Assembly (NCBI GenBank): GCA_965217775.1 | Contig: CBDCJH010000002.1 | Span: 4,032,001-4,096,000 of the forward strand | Length of the DNA stretch: 64,000 nucleotides | From: Acidobacteriota bacterium | GTDB lineage: Bacteria; Acidobacteriota; UBA6911; RPQK01; JAJDTT01 | Reading direction: 5' to 3' | In this document: positions 39,651 through 49,046 of the stretch, piece after piece | How the letters are laid out: every line of letters starts with the position of its first letter | Position numbering within the stretch: the first letter of the stretch is position 1 | Translations under genes and position numbers: made by a program | Notes under the pieces: model-generated | What the model was told of the DNA's origin: nothing | The model's database searches: none | What the model saw: the letters and a program-made list of their open reading frames with translations, nothing else

Positions 39651-39737
39651 AGAAATGTAAGAGGGGACACCTTCTCTACCTCGCGCCCGGGTTCAGCACA
39701 TCCCCGAGCCGAACTCACCCACCGATTCGGATCGAAG

Positions 39738-39763
39738 AGGGTGCCCACAAGGGGCGCCCCTAC
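39738..39763 (-). repeat. GTAG-type REP-like palindrome
   Basis: Reverse complement reads gtaggggcgccccttgtgggcaccct. Confidence 0.65.
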
Positions 39764-39815
39764 GGAAAATTCTTCGTCCATTTGCACAAGATTTTGGGAG
39801 TAACACGGACCAAGG

Positions 39816-39836
39816 AGAAGGGGACAGTTACCTTCT
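39816..39836 (+). repeat. AGAAGGGGACAGTTACCTTCT palindrome, one of a dispersed co-oriented family
   Basis: Further copies at about 43951, 44408, 44873, 49113, 51216 and 51274, with a variant at 39659. Confidence 0.8.
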
Positions 39837-39847
39837 GGCGCCGTGTC

Positions 39848-42505
39848 CTACTTGCCCCAGGCGTAGCGGATGCGCACGTAGTAGTACGCGCCGTTGAAAC
39901 CCCAAGGTGTGTACTCGCTGTACTTCTCCCCGACCGACATCGCTCGCGCACTCTCGTCGGGATAGGTGTTGAGCAGGTTCTGGGCGCCGACCGCCAGCGT
40001 CACGCCCTCGGAGAGGTCGATGCTGCCCTCCACGTCGACGATCGGGCGCCCGTCGAAGAAGCCCTGCTCGATACCGGCGGACGGGATGAACGCCTGCCGG
40101 AACCCGCTGTCCCAGTCGTACCAGCCGCCATAGTAGCTCACCCGCCCGAGCAGCCGGGCACGCCCGAGGAGCTGGTTGATGCCGGCGCTCCAGCGCACCC
40201 GCGGCAGCGCGTAGGCGTACTCGGCCAGCCGCCGGTCGCTGAGCAGCCCCTTCTCGTTGTCGGTCACCTCGGTGTCGGTGTAGTTGAAGACGGCGCTGAA
40301 CACCGTGTTGCCGCGCAGCGCAATTGGCGTGTAGGTCGAGACCACGTCGATCCCCTTCGACCGCGTCGAGAACGCGTTGGTGAAGAAGCGGAAATTCTTC
40401 AGGTCGCGGGCGCTCTCGATGTCTTGCGCCAGCAGGTTCTCGATCTCGGCGTCCTGCAGGCTGAAGTTGCTCGTGATGCCGATCCGGTCGGCGACGTTGA
40501 CGAGGAAGTAGTCGGCGCTGAAGTTGAACGGCCCGGTGTCGAAGACGACGCCGGTGGTGTAGTTGACGGAGCGTTCAGGCTCCAGCGGCACGCCGCCGCG
40601 CAACGCCGCCACCGGCGAGATCGACGGGATGACGCCGTTGTTGACCAGGTCGCCGATGGCCGGGTCAAATTGGGTCGAGATGTTGAAGCCGTTCTGCTGG
40701 CCGGGTGTGGGCGCGCGGAACCCGCTGCTGACGCTGGCGCGCACGAAGGCGAAGCGGGCGGAGACCTTGCCGTTCGTGGTGGTGCCGAAGTCCTCGAAGT
40801 GCTCGACCCGCACCGCACCGCCCAGGGTCCATTCGCCGTCCACGTCGTTCATTTCGACATCGCCGTACGCCGCGACGTTGTCCCGGTTCCAGGTGCCGGC
40901 GGCGAGCGGACCGTAGCCGAAAAAGCCGTTGGAGCCGGCCGAGAATCCCTGTCCCCGGCCGTAGGGGCCGACCGTCCACGACGCCGGCTCGCCCTCGGTG
41001 GTCTGGTACTGCTCGTCGCGCCACTCCGCGCCGGCCGCGACGTTGACCCTGTCCGTCGCGGCGTAGGAGACATCGAAGTTCACCCCGAGCTCCCGCTGCC
41101 GGTTGCTGCCGAGATCGAAGGCGGTCGGAGTCTCGTAGCCGAGCGAGGCGTTGACGGTGTTGCGGATGAAGAGGTCGGTCTCGTGGGCGCCGACCGAGAC
41201 ACTCGCATCCCAGATGACGCCGGCGCCGGTGAAGCCGCGGATGCCGCCCACTATCGACATGTCCTGCGCCTCGCCGCCGAAGTTGGGCGTGAAGCCGCCG
41301 GGGAACCGCTCGTAGAGCGTGAAGCAGTTCGGATTTGCTGCGACCGCCGCGAGCGCATCGCCGTCGGGGACGTTCCCGGCTATCGGCACCGTCGGGCAGT
41401 CGCCGGCGCCGGGCATCCCGGTCTCGGCCCACAGCCGGTCGCCCACGAGCAGCGTGCTGCCGCCGTCCGGGCTGAAGACCCCGCCCCGCGTATTCGGGTT
41501 GCGGAAGAAGAAGCCGCCGGTCACCCGCTTGCTCGCATAGTTGGTGTGGCCGTACAACTGCAGGCCGGTGGAGAACGTGTAACCGAAGTTCCCGAACAGC
41601 TTCAGATCGTCGTCGACCTCCGGTGAACCCCAGATCTGCGGCGTATCCGATGCGACATGCGTGTTCCCCGCGGCGAGAAGCGCGGTGGCGTCGCTACGGG
41701 GGGCGCTCCGGTTCGTCGGATTCGAGCTGCCGTATTCCAGGCTGAGGTTGGCGAAGCCGGTGGCGCCCAGCGGCAGGCCGACATTGCCGGCGACGTTGAA
41801 GGCCTCGCCGTCCCCTTCCTGAAAGGTGCCGGTGTCGAATTCGAGACTACCGCCGGAGGTGGCATCCTTAAGTTGGAAATTCATGACGCCGGCGATGGCG
41901 TCCGAGCCGTACTGCGCCGCCGCGCCGTCGCGCAAGACTTCGACTTGGCGCAGCGCGATGGCCGGGATGGCGGAGATGTCCGGGCCCTGCGAGCCGTAGG
42001 CCACGCCGTTGCCGCCGTGCCAGTCGATGATCGACGAGCGGTGGCGTCGCTTGCCGTTCACCAGGACCAGCGTGTGGTCCGGCGCCAGGTTGCGAAGCAT
42101 CGCCGGCCGGACCACCGTCGACGCATCGCTGATCGGCTGCGTGTTGACGTTGAACGAGGGGATGACCGTGCGCAGTTGTTCCTGCAGATTGACGGCGCCC
42201 TGGTTGGTGAGGTCGGACGTCGAGAGCACGTCGACCGGCACCGGCGACTCCGCAACGGTCCGCGGCCGGGCACGGGAGCCGACGACGACGGTCTCCTCAG
42301 TAAGCCCGTCGAGCAGCACCTTGAGCTCGTCAGGGGACAGCCCCATCGCCTGGATTTCGGCCACCGAAATGCCGAGCGCGTGGCTGAGCGCTTCGTACTG
42401 TTCCGCCGTCAGGTCTTCCTGTGCGAACGCCGGAGCCGGCAAACCGGCGACGAGTGCAATGAGCAGACTCGATAAGAACACGATGAACATTGATCGATGC
42501 GTCAC
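39848..42505 (-). CDS. TonB-dependent receptor
   Basis: ETVVVGSR, SPVPVDVL, LVLVNGKRRH, EVLRDGAAAQYGSDAIAGV, GFRAP. AGGAGG before GTG at 42505. Confidence 0.92.
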   Translation of the reverse strand: MTHRSMFIVFLSSLLIALVAGLPAPAFAQEDLTAEQYEALSHALGISVAEIQAMGLSPDELKVLLDGLTEETVVVGSRARPRTVAESPVPVDVLSTSDLTNQGAVNLQEQLRTVIPSFNVNTQPISDASTVVRPAMLRNLAPDHTLVLVNGKRRHRSSIIDWHGGNGVAYGSQGPDISAIPAIALRQVEVLRDGAAAQYGSDAIAGVMNFQLKDATSGGSLEFDTGTFQEGDGEAFNVAGNVGLPLGATGFANLSLEYGSSNPTNRSAPRSDATALLAAGNTHVASDTPQIWGSPEVDDDLKLFGNFGYTFSTGLQLYGHTNYASKRVTGGFFFRNPNTRGGVFSPDGGSTLLVGDRLWAETGMPGAGDCPTVPIAGNVPDGDALAAVAANPNCFTLYERFPGGFTPNFGGEAQDMSIVGGIRGFTGAGVIWDASVSVGAHETDLFIRNTVNASLGYETPTAFDLGSNRQRELGVNFDVSYAATDRVNVAAGAEWRDEQYQTTEGEPASWTVGPYGRGQGFSAGSNGFFGYGPLAAGTWNRDNVAAYGDVEMNDVDGEWTLGGAVRVEHFEDFGTTTNGKVSARFAFVRASVSSGFRAPTPGQQNGFNISTQFDPAIGDLVNNGVIPSISPVAALRGGVPLEPERSVNYTTGVVFDTGPFNFSADYFLVNVADRIGITSNFSLQDAEIENLLAQDIESARDLKNFRFFTNAFSTRSKGIDVVSTYTPIALRGNTVFSAVFNYTDTEVTDNEKGLLSDRRLAEYAYALPRVRWSAGINQLLGRARLLGRVSYYGGWYDWDSGFRQAFIPSAGIEQGFFDGRPIVDVEGSIDLSEGVTLAVGAQNLLNTYPDESARAMSVGEKYSEYTPWGFNGAYYYVRIRYAWGK

Positions 42506-43188
42506 TTCCGGTTTCCTCCTTCGGCTTCGGCCGGAGGGCATCGCCTCCTGCCCGCTTGTGGTCTGGTTTGGGTAGACGTGAGAAAGTGGGACGAACAGAG
42601 TTGGAATTGAAAAGGACCCAAGATTATGAACCCAGATTATTCATGGGACATGTTGATACGGGCTTCCAACCCGGCGTTTTCGTGCGGTCGCAGCCCGGTT
42701 TCTCTTGAAGCTCTGTCGATTCGACTGAATCGGCTCGAAAACAGGACGATTGAACCAGTCATAAACCGTTTACCGGCCAGGGGGGGCGTCACCCGCCGAC
42801 AGGTTGACTTTCCGGTGAGAAATTCCCACCGTTTCGGTCCCTTCCACGGGCCCGATGCCTCCTCCGTCCACTATCCCGGCGCCCAGGACACCCGCGCCAG
42901 TCTCTTCCACAACCGCTTCCAGTCCGTCGCCCCTTGACTGATGACGAAAATCAATGCCACTCTTCCTTTTAGAAGACTTCCCTCAAAACACCGTATGCAC
43001 TTTCTGAATCGAGTATAGCAAGGATCCAGTGAAATTAGCATTAAAATAAGGGTCGATATGGTGATTATTTGGTGAAATCTCAACTCCTACACTGACCGTC
43101 GACTCTCTTCCCATGTGGCTGGCGCGAGATGGGAAGACATTTCTCGGCCAGGATGCAAGAGGACCTCGCGTCGGGGCACGGCGCAGTT

Positions 43189-43951
43189 CGCGACACTCCG
43201 ACGCCGTTGGGAATTCGTTATTCATTCACCGGCGACGGAGAGCCTGCCAAGCTGTCCATCGTCTTGGGCGGGCAGTGCGAGAGCGAACAGAGGGAGTAGC
43301 GTCCCCCGTCGCAGCCTCCGGCTATGAGTGTAGCCAACCGTCCTGTGGTCTATCCTCGTGACTATGGAGATCCGTCCCGCAGCACTAGCCGATCTCGAAA
43401 CCGTCGTTGAATTCAACGCGCGTCTGGCGCAGGAATCGGAAGGAGTGCATTTGGACAAGGACCGACTGAGAGCGGGGGTCGCTGCGCTGTTGCGTGACCA
43501 GACACTGGGCCTTTACTTCATAGCGGAGTCAGAGTCCGGCCCGGCCGGGCAGTTGGCGCTGACCTACGAATGGAGCGACTGGAGGAACAGCATGTTCTGG
43601 TGGCTTCAAAGTGTCTACGTGCGCCCGGAATTCCGACGCGAAGGGGTTCTACGCGCTCTTTACGGCCACGTTCTGGAGCTGGCGAAGGACCGCGGCGTGT
43701 GCGGGATCCGCCTGTATGTCGAGAAGGAAAACCGTACTGCTCAAGAGGCGTACCGACGGCTGGGAATGGCCCGGGCAGTGTTTCACATGTACGAAGTTGA
43801 TTTCGTGATCGTCCGAGAGCCCTAAGTTGTGACTCGGTGGACGGAGTGAGGTAGGCGGACGCTGCAAGAGCGCCTCCCACAGTTTCATCGCGGCATTTCC
43901 ATGCGGGCTTTCCGGCAGCAAGGAACGACGGTAGCAACGTTCAAGGGCGGG
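43189..43951 (+). repeat. 763-bp direct repeat, copy 1 (GNAT gene plus flanks)
   Basis: Near-identical to 51576-52338. Confidence 0.95.
43358..43825 (+). CDS. GNAT N-acetyltransferase
   Basis: TYEWSDWRN, SVYVRPEFRREGV, RLYVEKEN..A...Y..LGM. Confidence 0.9.
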   Translation: MTMEIRPAALADLETVVEFNARLAQESEGVHLDKDRLRAGVAALLRDQTLGLYFIAESESGPAGQLALTYEWSDWRNSMFWWLQSVYVRPEFRREGVLRALYGHVLELAKDRGVCGIRLYVEKENRTAQEAYRRLGMARAVFHMYEVDFVIVREP

Positions 43952-44047
43952 AGAAGGGGACAGTTACCTTCTCTACGAGTTTGTGGGGACTCAACCCCGG
44001 AAGCGGACCCGGAGCCGGCGCCCGAGCGGGTACAATTTCAACAGCGG

Positions 44048-44380
44048 ATGAGATTCCAAGCGATCCTCAAACGCAGATGTCCACGATGTTTGCGTGGGCA
44101 GGTTTTCGCCTCGGCATTTCGTATGAGGCGGAACTGCGGTGTCTGTGACCTGAGATTCGAACGTCAGGAACCAGGGTACTTTGTGGGTGCCCTGTACTTC
44201 GCCTACGGGTTGGCGGTGCTGTTGGGCGCTCCTCCTGCTGCCTATCTCTGGTGGCAGGGATTTTCGATGGGAGTTAACGCGCTTGTGATCACGGGAGAAC
44301 TGATCATTTTATCTCCCTGGATCTTTCAGTACTCTCGAATCCTGTTCCTGCACTTGGACCAGCTATTCGATCCCACGTAA
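44048..44380 (+). CDS. DUF983-like Zn-ribbon membrane protein
   Basis: CPRC...CGVC.L.FE..EPGYF.GA followed by two hydrophobic segments. Confidence 0.75.
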   Translation: MRFQAILKRRCPRCLRGQVFASAFRMRRNCGVCDLRFERQEPGYFVGALYFAYGLAVLLGAPPAAYLWWQGFSMGVNALVITGELIILSPWIFQYSRILFLHLDQLFDPT

Positions 44381-44471
44381 CCCGGGTGCGCTATTCAAGC
44401 CTCCCGAAGAAGGGGACAGTTGCCTTCTCTCGAGCGAACTAGGAGCCGGACAGAGACTGCAAGGGTCGTGC

Positions 44472-44870
44472 TCAGCGGTTCTGAAGGAAAGGATTGACGA
44501 TCGTGAGATTTCCGATGCGACGCCCGGCTCGAAGGTCTTCTTTCACCAGGATGTCGCATCGGGCCTCGAGGGCCGAGGCAACAATCAGCGAGTCGTAGAA
44601 ACTGAAACCGTGCACTCGGGCGAGATCGACGGCTGCGGAATGAGTATTGACCGCGATGGGGCGAATGGGGCCGAGCGCTGTTTGCAGGCCGGCAACCGCT
44701 TCGGCGATCAGACTCCAATCAAGGCCGAACTTGTGGTGGAGAACAGAGGTGGACTCGTTCAGGACTTGTACGCTGACGGTGCCGCCAGCCAAGATGAGCT
44801 GGCGCGCGACCTCACTCTTGGGGCCCGTTCCTTGAGCATAGATCAGTATGTTCGTGTCGAGAAACGTAGT
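44472..44870 (-). pseudogene. VapC/PIN toxin lacking a native start codon and antitoxin
   Basis: FLDTNILIY, SVQVLNE, FSFYDSLIVASALEA.C, EDL, IVNPF. The 5' end abuts the palindrome at 44873. Confidence 0.75.
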
Positions 44871-44955
44871 GGGAGAAGGGGACAGTGACCTTTTCTTGTT
44901 CTCGCCGTTTTGAAAGATCGGCTCGCGGGAACGGACCATCTTCGTGTGTGACCGC

Positions 44956-47900
44956 TCAGCGCCCCGGCGGGAAACCGGGCGGCAGCCACACCGGCAGTTC
45001 GGAGATCGAGTCCCGCGCCGTCTGTGACGTCGGTACGCCCCACGCCTCGAAGAAAGGACCCAGGTTGCGGACCACATGCCGCGAGAAGTGCACCAGCCAC
45101 TGGTCGCGCTTCTCGTCGTCACTCTTCGGACGCTCATCCTCCGGCAGCGCGAGGTACGTGGCAAACACTTCCCGGTAGGCGTCCCACCCGAACGCCTCCT
45201 GCATCTGTGTATACATGATCAGGGCCAGGAACGGCTCACGCTTCCACAGCTCGAAGTCCGGATCATCGAAGTCGTAGAGCGCCATCAACTCGGCCCGGGA
45301 GCGGTGGGAGCCGCGCCAGCGCTCGGTCGGCGGGATCCCGCACAGGAACTCGTAGACATAGAGCGTGAACAGGTTGACGGTCACCTCGACCGTGCCGTCG
45401 AAGGTCCAGTCACCGTTCTGGTGGTTGTGGCCCACCTCGTGGAAGAAGCCCCAGTTGCCCTCCGAGCGCAGGTGCTCCGCACTTACCAGGTTGGCCTGCT
45501 GGTCCAAGTGGGCCATCAGGGGATATCCGGCGTGCATGTAGCCATGCGAGATCTGCCGGTCGACGACGAATCGCTCCGGACTCGAGCGGGCAGGCGAGGG
45601 CCAGGCAGCCAACTCCGCGCTCAGGTCGAGCACGCGGTCCCAGGTCTCCGCCATGGTGGCTGGGTCGTCGAGTCCGCGCACCTCGCGCGCGTCCGTCGTG
45701 ACGATCATGTTCCGCCCGGCAATCTCGGCCCACGGTCCGGGTGCATGGCGGATTTCGTCGCACCATGCGGCTAGATCCGTCTCTCCCAAGACGAAGCGAG
45801 GCGCCGCCACGGCACCTTCGATCTCGACGGTGATGCTCCCGAGGTCGGCGTCGTCCGGAACCTCGACGTAGATCAGGCCGCCGAAAGCATTGGCGACCGG
45901 AGTCGTGACCGCAGAGACGGGGAAGCGGCGGCTGATCTCGGGCATGCGCATCCACTCGGGCCGACCCCAGATACGGTCGCTGTGGGCACCCACGCGGACG
46001 TGGAAGCCTCCGGCCGCGGCGGCCGCGGCCGGCACCGTCACCGTGACCAGCTCGCCCGGCGCGGCGTAGAGGCCGGTGGAGTGCCAGCGAGGCACGGTGG
46101 TGTCGATGATGAGGCTGCGTATGAGGCGCGGAGCGGCAGCCGGAACGGAGCCGGGAAAGTCCGCGGCCGCGGGATGCGCGCGCACCGACTCGGGCGGAGT
46201 GCGGAGGTGTTCGGTCGTGAAGAGCCCGGCAGCCAAGCGGGCGCGCACGTCCGCCTTGCCCATTGGCAACTCAGCCGAGGGCCAGCGGTCTCGTGAGCTC
46301 TCGGACAGTGCGGAAAGGCGCGGCGCGAGCAGCGTGTCGTCCGAAGGCACGCAGCCGGTTCGAGCGATGTGAAATATGCTGTCGAAGGCTTGGTCGATCT
46401 CCGGTTGGGTCAGCGTGCGCGTGCCGGCCGCGTGGGCCTCGATCGCATCGAGCGCCACGCCCGCATGGGTCAGCTCATGGGGCGGTCCATCGACGGCGTA
46501 GCCCTCCGGCGACGTGCGGGCGAGGTAGTCGTAGGGGGACCATTGAATGCCGGCGGGCGCGAGCAGCCGGTTGCCGGAGTAGTCGCTGGCGAGATCCAGG
46601 TCGGGGTGCAGATAGGCCCAGCCCCAAGCGGTGGAGGCCGTGACTAGTCCCCCTCCGCCTCGCACGAACGCCGACAGCGCTTCGATCTCCGGCACGCTCT
46701 GATTCCACATTTTGAGGGCCACGACATCGACCGACGCCAGCGACTCGCGAGTCAGCGCGATTTCGACAGCATTTTGGCCAGCCTCCGTCAGCCAGATCTG
46801 AACATCGCGCGTGCCGGCCGCGCTGACGACGCCGACGCGGGGATCGGCCAGCGCGTCCTCCCCGGCAGCCCACTGCAGCACGTTCGTCATCAGCCGTCCG
46901 GTATCCGCCGTCTCGAGCGTGGCGCTTGCGAAGTAGCCATCGTGCCCCAGAGCGACGACGCGGCCGGCATCCCGACGGCCGGCGGCGACGACGGGAGCTG
47001 TGAACGCGCCCCTGGCACCGACGATCACCGGAAAGGCCTCGGGTCCATAGACGCACAAGGAAGCGGGAGCGCCCGGAGCGACGATCTCGGCCACGCCGTC
47101 GAGCAGAACGTCGAGGTCGCTTGTGACCGTTACAGCGGGCACCGCCGAGAGCGAACTCGTTCCCTTCCCGAAGCGCAGGCCGAGCGGGGCGAACGACGAG
47201 TCGCCGGCTGCGGACCGCAAATACAACAGACCCCGAAAGTCGCTGAGGAACCCGGTATCAATCCTTCCACCGAACCATTCCGGGATGGTTAGAGCCTGTT
47301 GGTGGAAGTCCCCTCGGGATACGACCCCCCCGTCCAGAGGGTCTCTCCCCTCTTCGTCTCGGAGGCGAAGCTGAATTTCAGGAGACGAGTTCGGTTTGAA
47401 GATCGCCAGTCCGGTGCCGATGGTGCTCGATTCCTCGACGAACAGCGCGAAGTGATCGCTCAACTCGACCGGTTTGACGCCGACCTCGACCCCCGTTTCC
47501 GAGTTCCTGTAGGTCAACAACCCCCGTACCGAATCCGCGTTGCTCCGGACTGCGATCCAACCGCGCCGGATCTCCGCCGTCCCGGCACTGCTCAGGACCC
47601 GGCTGCCCAAAGCGGGAAGCTCGAAGCTGGGGCCGGAGTCGAAGAACTTCGCGACGGGCTGCCCTTGCGAGTCGTAGACCTGGACCACGACCGGCGCACT
47701 CCGGACCGGATCGAGGTTGCCGAGCACGAGTTGCACGGACCACCCTTGTCCCTCCACGTAGTCGGGGAAGTAGAGCGCCGGGGAGGAACGGGGAGAGCGT
47801 CGCCCGCCTTCGTCCGGGACCGGCACCACCGGGACCGCGGAGAGCGACCCTTTCTGCTTTCCGAAGCGCAGCCCGAGCGGGGCGAACGGCGCGCCGTCCG

Positions 47901-48708
47901 CGCCCCGCAGGAACAGCAGGCCGCGAAAGTTCACGAGGACACTCTGGTCGATCCCCTGGAACCACTCCGGGAGAGTGAGCGCCTGTTGCCGGAACCCCCC
48001 CCGGGTGAGGACCTCCCCGACGGGGTCGTCACCCGCTTCGTCGCGGATTCGGAACTGGATCTCAGAGTCACCCTCCGGCTTGAACAGGGCCAGTCCGGTC
48101 CCGATCTCGCTCGACTCCTCGACGAACAGGGCGAAGCGCTCTCCCAGCCCGACGGGTTCGACCCCGACCTCGACCCCGGTCTCGGCGTTTTGATAGGTCA
48201 ACAAACCCCGGACCGAGGCCGCTTCGCTCCGGACCGCGATCCAACCCCGCCGAATCGCTCCCGCCCCGGCGCTTCTCAAGGCTTGGCTGCCCAAAGCGGG
48301 AAGCTCGAAGCTGGCGCCGGAGTCGAAGAACGCCGGGACCCGCTCGCCCTGCTGGTCGTAGACTTCGACGACGACCGGCGCGCTCCGGTTCCGGTCGAGG
48401 TTGCCGAACACCAGCTGCACGGACCAGCCGGACCCTTGCACATAGTCGGGGAAGTAGAGCGTGGACTCGGAGGACACCTCCGCCCCGGCGTTTCCCCCAC
48501 TGGCGAGACACAGACCAAAAACCAGCAGCGCAACTGCGACTGGACCCGTTGTCCGCTTGTCACGTGCCGCGCCCGTGGCACCGGCGCGTCCGTCTTGTCT
48601 CCGTCCCGGACGCAGGTTGGCGCCGCCGAGCGCGAGGCAAGTCGCCGCGTCGCCAAGCGTCCCGGAGCAGCCCTTGGACCGGAGACGTGGGAGACGATCA
48701 TGCAGCAT
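44956..48708 (-). CDS. M60-like (TCAF/enhancin) metallopeptidase with two tandem N-terminal repeat domains (start uncertain)
   Basis: STGLYAAPGE, FGGLIY, PWAE, MHAGYP, WGFFHEVGHNHQ, EVTVN. Duplicated 'LYFPDYV.G.GWSVQLV...SLSAVP' domains. Confidence 0.88.
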   Translation of the reverse strand: MLHDRLPRLRSKGCSGTLGDAATCLALGGANLRPGRRQDGRAGATGAARDKRTTGPVAVALLVFGLCLASGGNAGAEVSSESTLYFPDYVQGSGWSVQLVFGNLDRNRSAPVVVEVYDQQGERVPAFFDSGASFELPALGSQALRSAGAGAIRRGWIAVRSEAASVRGLLTYQNAETGVEVGVEPVGLGERFALFVEESSEIGTGLALFKPEGDSEIQFRIRDEAGDDPVGEVLTRGGFRQQALTLPEWFQGIDQSVLVNFRGLLFLRGADGAPFAPLGLRFGKQKGSLSAVPVVPVPDEGGRRSPRSSPALYFPDYVEGQGWSVQLVLGNLDPVRSAPVVVQVYDSQGQPVAKFFDSGPSFELPALGSRVLSSAGTAEIRRGWIAVRSNADSVRGLLTYRNSETGVEVGVKPVELSDHFALFVEESSTIGTGLAIFKPNSSPEIQLRLRDEEGRDPLDGGVVSRGDFHQQALTIPEWFGGRIDTGFLSDFRGLLYLRSAAGDSSFAPLGLRFGKGTSSLSAVPAVTVTSDLDVLLDGVAEIVAPGAPASLCVYGPEAFPVIVGARGAFTAPVVAAGRRDAGRVVALGHDGYFASATLETADTGRLMTNVLQWAAGEDALADPRVGVVSAAGTRDVQIWLTEAGQNAVEIALTRESLASVDVVALKMWNQSVPEIEALSAFVRGGGGLVTASTAWGWAYLHPDLDLASDYSGNRLLAPAGIQWSPYDYLARTSPEGYAVDGPPHELTHAGVALDAIEAHAAGTRTLTQPEIDQAFDSIFHIARTGCVPSDDTLLAPRLSALSESSRDRWPSAELPMGKADVRARLAAGLFTTEHLRTPPESVRAHPAAADFPGSVPAAAPRLIRSLIIDTTVPRWHSTGLYAAPGELVTVTVPAAAAAAGGFHVRVGAHSDRIWGRPEWMRMPEISRRFPVSAVTTPVANAFGGLIYVEVPDDADLGSITVEIEGAVAAPRFVLGETDLAAWCDEIRHAPGPWAEIAGRNMIVTTDAREVRGLDDPATMAETWDRVLDLSAELAAWPSPARSSPERFVVDRQISHGYMHAGYPLMAHLDQQANLVSAEHLRSEGNWGFFHEVGHNHQNGDWTFDGTVEVTVNLFTLYVYEFLCGIPPTERWRGSHRSRAELMALYDFDDPDFELWKREPFLALIMYTQMQEAFGWDAYREVFATYLALPEDERPKSDDEKRDQWLVHFSRHVVRNLGPFFEAWGVPTSQTARDSISELPVWLPPGFPPGR

Positions 48709-49046
48709 GGTTGACGGCCTCCGTATCGGTCGGTGAAGAACCTCGGGATGAATTCCACCGTCAATCTTACATAACTAACGTGAAAACTAAGTGAATATAT
48801 GAATGTATATGGTGAAATTATGGTGATAATTTCTTCGATCGATTATTTTTCTTGGCGGGTGACCCCAAAACGGATCACGATCCGGGGTCCGACGAAGATG
48901 TGAGAGGGAGGAGCACCGAAGCCCCGGTTCGATGGAATCAAGTGCCAGGGCGGCGCAGCTTCAGGCTGAGTGCGGACGGAACAAGGCCGGGGGCCACCGG
49001 TTCGGAGGTTCTTTCGTCAGATCTGTGTCACCGAACGAGCCAGGCG

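Noticed and set aside
44472-45164. Long 230-aa PIN ORF
   Set aside because: The N-terminal part overlaps the M60 gene end and the palindrome. Only the last ~130 codons are PIN-like.
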